NCBI GenBank assembly: GCA_036163455.1
Contig: JAYZKL010000018.1
Span: 3,595 to 67,594 of the forward strand
Reading direction: 5' to 3'
From: Pseudomonadota bacterium
GTDB taxonomy: Bacteria; Pseudomonadota; Gammaproteobacteria; GCA-002705445; GCA-002716945
Length of the DNA: 64,000 bases
Shown here: positions 58,852 through 64,000 of the stretch, piece by piece
How the letters are laid out: each line of letters starts with the position of its first letter
How positions within the stretch are numbered: position 1 is the first letter of the stretch
Position numbers and translations under genes: made by a program
The notes under the pieces: model-generated
The model's database searches: none
Told to the model about the DNA's origin: nothing
What the model saw: only the letters and a program-made list of their open reading frames with translations

Positions 58852-59156
58852 TTAACGGTCGCTGTTTTCGAATCTTTATTACCTTTATTATCTACCCAAA
58901 GTAGTTCTACTTTATCGCCTTTGGCACCTTTATAACTACAGGTTACGTATGGGTTTTTAGAAACTGCAGGTCCCCAATAAACTGTGATAACTTCTTTTCC
59001 ATTAGCTGTTGCAAGTATTTCTTGTATATAGTGAGGTGGTATTACATCACCAGTTTTTTTATTTTTTCTTAGACCTGTTTCCATAGGGTGTTTGATAAGT
59101 GCCTTTACGGTAACCGATCCATTATTTTCTCTTGCTCTAATTTTTATAGTACTCAT
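58848..59156 (-). CDS. soxZ: Thiosulfate-oxidation carrier complex protein SoxZ
   Basis: MSTIKIRA...VKALIKHPMETG SoxZ N-terminal signature. ~100 aa. Overlaps the soxA start. Confidence 0.75.
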   Translation of the reverse strand: MSTIKIRARENNGSVTVKALIKHPMETGLRKNKKTGDVIPPHYIQEILATANGKEVITVYWGPAVSKNPYVTCSYKGAKGDKVELLWVDNKGNKDSKTATVK

Positions 59157-59171
59157 AGTAATTTTCCTCTG

Positions 59172-59636
59172 TTAACCACCACATCCACCAATTGTGACCT
59201 GAACCTCTTGAGATGCTGTATAAATTTTACCATCACTTTTAACAGCAGCCATTACTTTTGTAGTTTTTCCCATTTTGAGCCTTGTTCCAATTTTAGGTTC
59301 AGAAAGAGAGGTTAGTTTATAGCCACTAGATAGCGGTTGTGGATTTTCTTCAACGAAAATCATAATCGATTCAACATTTTTCAAGTTTGCTTTTACATTA
59401 ATTGGCACAATAGCGCCATTCTCAGCTATTTTAGGCGCTTTTAATTCTACTTTAGTTGATTCAACTCTACTAGTTCCACCATAAATAGTTTCTAATGCGC
59501 CTGATAAATCTTTTTTGTCAAATGCTGCTTTAGGCCATGCGGCATAGAGATTCTTTGGTGTAAGTAAAATACCAGCAGATGTTCCTATGACAGCCGTCGT
59601 AAGTAATGTTTTTTTTAAAAAATTTCTTCTATTCAT
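59172..59636 (-). CDS. soxY: Thiosulfate-oxidation carrier protein SoxY
   Basis: Tat signal (RRNFLK) and the invariant C-terminal GGCGG swinging-arm motif. Confidence 0.85.
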   Translation of the reverse strand: MNRRNFLKKTLLTTAVIGTSAGILLTPKNLYAAWPKAAFDKKDLSGALETIYGGTSRVESTKVELKAPKIAENGAIVPINVKANLKNVESIMIFVEENPQPLSSGYKLTSLSEPKIGTRLKMGKTTKVMAAVKSDGKIYTASQEVQVTIGGCGG

Positions 59637-59645
59637 AATCGTTCC

Positions 59646-59981
59646 TCACAAAGTATAAAGATATTCTACTATCAAGTTTATTTCTTCTTTTGTTAGAATT
59701 CCATGCTTTCCAAAAGGTGGCATAAAAGTATGCGGATTACTTTTTGTTGCGTCCCAAATTTTGTTAAAAAGATCCTTTTTATTTGGAAATCTTGCTTTCA
59801 TAGCCAATAATGGAGGTCCTGCATTCCCAGCTAATTCACCATCTTCAATTAGATGACAGGCTAGGCAATTACCTTTTTTTCTTTCAAAAGCCAGTTTTTT
59901 ACCTTTTTTGATAGCGTCTGCATAAACATGAGAACTGATCCCTAAAAAAATAATTAACGATAGATATGTAAATATTTTCAT
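59646..59981 (-). CDS. soxX: Monoheme cytochrome c SoxX
   Basis: Signal peptide and CLACH heme motif. ~110 aa. First gene of the soxXYZA operon. Confidence 0.65.
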   Translation of the reverse strand: MKIFTYLSLIIFLGISSHVYADAIKKGKKLAFERKKGNCLACHLIEDGELAGNAGPPLLAMKARFPNKKDLFNKIWDATKSNPHTFMPPFGKHGILTKEEINLIVEYLYTL

Positions 59982-60035
59982 ACTTTTTATTTATTAGCTA
60001 CATTATAGTACCGATGAAGAGATAAAAAAACTACT

Positions 60036-61484
60036 TTAATTACATGTTTTTTCACCAAAAATTGGCTCTAGAGGTCTCTGATATTTGCAAATTATCTGAC
60101 TCCTTTTTTTCTTCAATACCCTTATTTCATTATTAGTAAGTTTTCTTGATTGTATACCATCGTTTAGAACCTGTACTGCTAATTTTAAGTTATCTAGTAA
60201 GAGGTGATATTCCGAAAGATATATTTTAGAATTGAAAGTATCTTTTTGAAGATTATACATTTTTGACATTAACCTGAGATAGTTTGGATTATATTTATTT
60301 GATTCTTCTATTTGCAGAAGAACATTTGATGCGTAATCAAGATTTAGATTATTTTGGATTAATATTTCTCCCAAATAAAATGAAATTGATGAGTTTAATG
60401 GATAAATTTTTCTTAAGTTTTCTAATACTTTTATAGATTCTTTATGATTATTGCTGTTATTTAATAATTGGGAGTAGAGTACAGCTAAATATACATTCTC
60501 TTTCTCTTTTTCATAATAAGGTTGTAGAAGTTTTTTTGCAGTTTTATAGTCAGATTTTTTCATATATAAAAGAGATAGTTTATGTACATCATATAGGTTA
60601 TCTTTTTTAGTAGAGTTAATGAGTGAACTAATATTTGTAGTTTCATTTACCTCGATAATATTTTTCACAAAAAGATAATCTTTAGTTAGTTTTTTTTTGT
60701 TATTAATTTTATAAGTGCTTCTAGATTTTATTCGAGCAATTCTATTTTCATAAAGTGGATGGGTGTAGAAATATGCAAATTGTGGGTTTAATGCCGACGT
60801 TGATGACTGCATAATTTCAAAAAAATCTGCCATTTCAGCGACATCTAAATTTGATCTATTAAATAGTTCAACTGCAAATTCATCAGCTTCAATTTCATTA
60901 GACCTTATTAGATTGATACTCATTTGTGCAGACATACCTAGGCCAGATTGCATTATAGCCATTCCTGCTTGAGGATTTCCTGAAAAAATACCGACTATCA
61001 TACCAAGATAAGCTGGAAGTGAAGTCCTTGCAGTATTTGCAACCATTTCTGCGGCATGTCTTAATTTAACATGTGCAATTTCATGCGCTACTACTCCAGC
61101 AAGTTGCTGTTCATTTTCAGTTAAAGAAATAAGTCCAGAATTTAATCCTATATAACCACCGGGTAAAGCAAAAGCATTTACAGACTTTGATTTTGTAACA
61201 AAAAAAGTATAATTTCTTTGCGTATCTAAAGTATGACGAGTTAATTTATTACCCAAGTAACTTATATACGATTGTACAAGAGGGTCATTAACTATTAAAT
61301 TATATTTCTGCAAACTTCTATATGATGCAAAACCAATAATATTTTCTTCTTCAAGGGTTAATACATCGCCATAAGGGGTGCCAAGATTAGGAGCTGTATT
61401 TTCTTGTCCGTATGAAAAGTTCGAGGCGCAGAGTAAAGTTGTTAGTATTATAAATGACGGAACTCTCATAAAAAAATCTACCAT
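60036..61484 (-). CDS. bepA: Beta-barrel assembly-enhancing protease BepA (M48 peptidase with TPR domain)
   Basis: HEIAH zinc motif, EIEADEF, and C-terminal TPR repeats. Signal peptide present. Confidence 0.8.
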   Translation of the reverse strand: MVDFFMRVPSFIILTTLLCASNFSYGQENTAPNLGTPYGDVLTLEEENIIGFASYRSLQKYNLIVNDPLVQSYISYLGNKLTRHTLDTQRNYTFFVTKSKSVNAFALPGGYIGLNSGLISLTENEQQLAGVVAHEIAHVKLRHAAEMVANTARTSLPAYLGMIVGIFSGNPQAGMAIMQSGLGMSAQMSINLIRSNEIEADEFAVELFNRSNLDVAEMADFFEIMQSSTSALNPQFAYFYTHPLYENRIARIKSRSTYKINNKKKLTKDYLFVKNIIEVNETTNISSLINSTKKDNLYDVHKLSLLYMKKSDYKTAKKLLQPYYEKEKENVYLAVLYSQLLNNSNNHKESIKVLENLRKIYPLNSSISFYLGEILIQNNLNLDYASNVLLQIEESNKYNPNYLRLMSKMYNLQKDTFNSKIYLSEYHLLLDNLKLAVQVLNDGIQSRKLTNNEIRVLKKKRSQIICKYQRPLEPIFGEKTCN

Positions 61485-61564
61485 AGATAACTATATTAAT
61501 ATTTATAAATGTATTAATATATGCACATAACTTGATGATATTATAACTTATTTGAGGTTTAAAA

Positions 61565-61794
61565 TGAGTAATTATGATAAAGAACTTGATACAAGTGGCC
61601 TTAATTGCCCCTTACCAATAATTAAAGCAAAAAAAGAAATAAATTTGATGGATTCTGGGCAAACACTACATGTTATTTCTACCGATCCAGGAGCTGTTCA
61701 AGATTTTGAGTCATTTGCTAAACAAACAGGCAATCAACTTGTGGAGAGTAGTGAAAAGGATAACAAATTCTATTTTCTTCTAAAAAAAGCTTAA
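61565..61794 (+). CDS. tusA: Sulfurtransferase TusA family protein
   Basis: LDTSGLNCPLPI CPxP active-site motif. I chose ATG 61565 (GAGG SD 7 nt upstream) rather than the track's TTG 61552. Confidence 0.75.
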
Positions 61795-61801
61795 GTAGTC
61801 T

Positions 61802-62434
61802 GTGAAATTTAAAATCGATAAACTATTAACTATAATAGGTGTAATTTCTCTATCCTTATTAGTTTTTACACTATATCTAATTTTTCAAATTTCTAACCCA
61901 ATATTGTCTAAACATATTGAACAATATGATGCGATTGTAATACTTTCTGGAAATCCAGTTAGAGCTGAATATGGAAGCAAATTATTTTCTGAGGGAAAAT
62001 CAAAAAAAATATTTCTAAGCAAAGAAAAAGCAGTAATTAAAAATTACTTAAACAAGGACGATGATTTAATGACATATGAATTATATGTAAAGATTTTAAA
62101 AAACAACAATATACCAAAAGATTCTATTAGTCTTTTTGGTGAAAATAACAAAAGCACATATGATGAGGCTGAATCCTTGTCTTTTGAACTTGATGATAGT
62201 ATCAATTCTTTACTTATAGTTACTGACAAATATCATATATATCGATCCAATTTAATTTTTAAAAAACTTCTTCCGCAAAAAAAAATTAATTTTATTTTTT
62301 CAGAAACAAATCAAAAAAAAACACAATGGTGGAAAGACAAATATTCTATCCAGATAATTTTATTGGAAACTTTTAAAACAATGCTTTTTTATTTTTTTGG
62401 GAGTTTTGATAATTATTTGTCTATTGCTGAATAG
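61802..62434 (+). CDS. DUF218/YdcF-ElyC-like envelope protein
   Basis: N-terminal TM helix plus DUF218-like core (DAIVILSGN...TSTYDEA). Confidence 0.5.
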   Translation: MKFKIDKLLTIIGVISLSLLVFTLYLIFQISNPILSKHIEQYDAIVILSGNPVRAEYGSKLFSEGKSKKIFLSKEKAVIKNYLNKDDDLMTYELYVKILKNNNIPKDSISLFGENNKSTYDEAESLSFELDDSINSLLIVTDKYHIYRSNLIFKKLLPQKKINFIFSETNQKKTQWWKDKYSIQIILLETFKTMLFYFFGSFDNYLSIAE

Positions 62435-62475
62435 CGAATTTTGATCAAAATCTCTATATAACTAATGCTGAATAG

Positions 62476-62523
62476 ATGAAAAAGATGTATTATGTATCAG
62501 GAATAATTGGAGTTATGTTGTGA
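62476..62523 (+). CDS. Putative 15-codon upstream ORF/leader peptide (MKKMYYVSGIIGVML) preceding the acetolactate synthase gene
   Basis: ATG 62476 to TGA 62521-62523. The stop overlaps the GTG start of the ilvB-like gene (GTGA). One third of its residues are Ile/Val/Leu. Confidence 0.3.
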   Translation: MKKMYYVSGIIGVML

Positions 62524-64000
62524 AATTAAGTGGATCTGAGATTATCATTGAATGCCTAAAAAAAGAGGGTGTAGAATTTATTTTCGGTTATCCTGGTGGC
62601 GCTGTCTTGCATATATATGATGCATTGTTTAAGGATAAGAAATTAAAACATATACTTGTTAGACATGAACAGGGTGCAACTCATGCTGCAGATGGTTATG
62701 CTCGTGCATGCGGTAAACCTGGCGTGGTGCTTGTTACATCTGGTCCCGGAATTACAAACTGTGTAACTGGATTAGCTACAGCTCATATGGACTCTATTCC
62801 ACTTATTGTTATCTCAGGACAAGTATCTAGAGAATATGTTGGAAGCGATGCTTTCCAAGAGGCTGATGCAACAGGAATTACGAGACCTGTTACAAAACAT
62901 AATTTTTTAATCGATACCAGAGAATCTATATCTGAGGTATTTAAAAAGGCATTTATGATTGCTACAACAGGGAGACCTGGGCCTGTACTTATTGATGTTC
63001 CAAAAGACTTAACTGATCCTAAAGTTAAAATACCTTTTGAATACCCAAAAAAAATTAAACTTAGATCATACAGTCCTGCTAAAAATAGAAATAAAGATAA
63101 AATTGATGAAGCTGCACGGTTAATTTGTAGCGCAAACAAACCAATGATTTATACTGGTGGTGGAATAATCTTAGGGAAAGCTCACAATCAACTTAAGACA
63201 CTAGTAAAAAAATTAAAATTTCCAATTACAAATACATTGATGGGTCTTGGCGGCTACCCTGGGTCTGATGAAAACTTTCTTGGTATGCTTGGTATGCATG
63301 GAACTTATGAAGCTAATATGGCAATGCATGAGTGCGATGTGTTGCTTGCTGTGGGCGCAAGATTTGATGATCGTGTAACTGGCGATACTTCAAAATTTTG
63401 TCCTTCTGCAAAAATCATTCATATTGACGTTGACCCCTCATCCATTTCTAAAATAATAGAAGTTGATTTATCTTTAGTTGGTGAAACTTCTAAAGTTCTT
63501 AATGATTTGAATAAAGCTGTAGATACACATAAGAAAGATATAAAAACAAATAAAATAAAAAATTGGTGGAAACAAATTAATAAATGGAAACAAAAAGAAT
63601 GTCTCCGTTATAAAAAATCAAATAAAACAATTAAGCCGCAGTTGGTAATCGAAAAATTATATGAATTAACAAAAGGAAATGCATTTATTACTTCTGACGT
63701 AGGTCAACACCAAATGTGGGCAGCACAATATTATAAATTTGACAAACCAAATAGATGGATAAATTCTGGAGGGCTTGGAACAATGGGGTTTGGATTGCCT
63801 GCTGCGATGGGAGTGCAGTTTGCTCATCCTAAATCAGATGTAGTTTGTGTTACTGGAGAGGCAAGTATATTAATGTGTATTCAAGAATTATCTACATGTC
63901 TCCAATATCGATTACCATTAAAGATTGTTAATTTAAACAATAGGTATATGGGCATGGTAAGACAATGGCAGGAATTTTTTTATGAAGGCAGGTATGCAAT
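62520..64000 (+). CDS. ilvB: Acetolactate synthase large subunit (biosynthetic-type, IlvB/IlvI), 3'-partial: the gene runs off the window end
   Basis: GTG start (VKLSGSEIIIECLKKEGVEFIFGYPGGAVLHIYDAL ... GPGITNCVTGLATAHMDSIPL ... GGLGTMGFGLPAAMG). ThDP-enzyme motifs are colinear with E. coli IlvI/IlvB. Not in the ORF track because it is partial. GGAG SD 8 nt upstream. Confidence 0.85.
   Translation, partial: MKLSGSEIIIECLKKEGVEFIFGYPGGAVLHIYDALFKDKKLKHILVRHEQGATHAADGYARACGKPGVVLVTSGPGITNCVTGLATAHMDSIPLIVISGQVSREYVGSDAFQEADATGITRPVTKHNFLIDTRESISEVFKKAFMIATTGRPGPVLIDVPKDLTDPKVKIPFEYPKKIKLRSYSPAKNRNKDKIDEAARLICSANKPMIYTGGGIILGKAHNQLKTLVKKLKFPITNTLMGLGGYPGSDENFLGMLGMHGTYEANMAMHECDVLLAVGARFDDRVTGDTSKFCPSAKIIHIDVDPSSISKIIEVDLSLVGETSKVLNDLNKAVDTHKKDIKTNKIKNWWKQINKWKQKECLRYKKSNKTIKPQLVIEKLYELTKGNAFITSDVGQHQMWAAQYYKFDKPNRWINSGGLGTMGFGLPAAMGVQFAHPKSDVVCVTGEASILMCIQELSTCLQYRLPLKIVNLNNRYMGMVRQWQEFFYEGRYA

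Noticed and set aside
62783-63139. 118-aa minus-strand ORF
   Set aside because: It is antisense to the acetolactate synthase large subunit gene, which itself is missing from the track only because it is 3'-partial and GTG-initiated.
1-64000. Searched for CRISPR arrays, IS/transposase genes, integrases, phage genes and long direct/inverted repeats
   Set aside because: None found. The only repeat-like structures are the 10-bp phased pentamers upstream of mraZ and the isolated GC-rich hairpins reported as terminators.

Overview
This window is a very AT-rich (roughly 30% G+C by eye), gene-dense, streamlined bacterial chromosomal segment with many 1-20 nt gene overlaps. Protein similarities and local synteny look like a gammaproteobacterium with Pseudomonas-type gene order (rnpB-mraZ, lpxC-secA-argJ-Nudix/ThiE, bamD/rluD-pgeF). 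There are three blocks. (1) Positions 1-14959 hold a tetrahydromethanopterin (H4MPT)/methylofuran-linked C1-transfer and cofactor-biosynthesis island. It contains a partial fwdB/fhcB-like gene, mptG, mtdB-like, mch, fae, three ATP-grasp ligases, CitG-like, HisA-like, ASKHA-like and pabB-like genes, then a minus-strand operon of mfnB-like, DUF447-like, DHPS-like, flavoprotein (DmrB/AfpA-like) and mobA. (2) Positions ~16.8-35.6 kb hold RNase P RNA followed by a complete dcw cluster with an atypical layout: mraZ, a 65-aa J-domain ORF, rsmH, ftsL, ftsZ (relocated), ftsI, murE, murF, mraY, murD, ftsW, murG, murC, murB, ddl, ftsQ, ftsA, lpxC. secA, argJ and a Nudix/ThiE-like gene follow; zapD, coaE, nadE, bamD, rluD, pgeF, an RND efflux pair, two monoheme cytochrome c4-type genes, fmdB-like, aspS, nadA, yebC, ruvC, queE and queC come after. 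(3) Positions ~56-62 kb hold a sulfur-oxidation neighbourhood: a YeeE/YedE-type transporter, tRNA-Lys(UUU), a lipoprotein with soxA-soxZ-soxY-soxX on the minus strand, bepA, tusA and a DUF218 protein. A partial acetolactate synthase large subunit gene, preceded by a 15-codon uORF, ends the window. The most unusual observation read directly from the sequence is that ftsZ sits between ftsL and ftsI. It is in the same reading frame as ftsI, separated only by one TAG codon and no canonical start codon. The ftsI transmembrane-helix codons are carried inside a GC-rich terminator-like hairpin followed by T8. No CRISPR arrays, IS elements or rRNA genes were seen.
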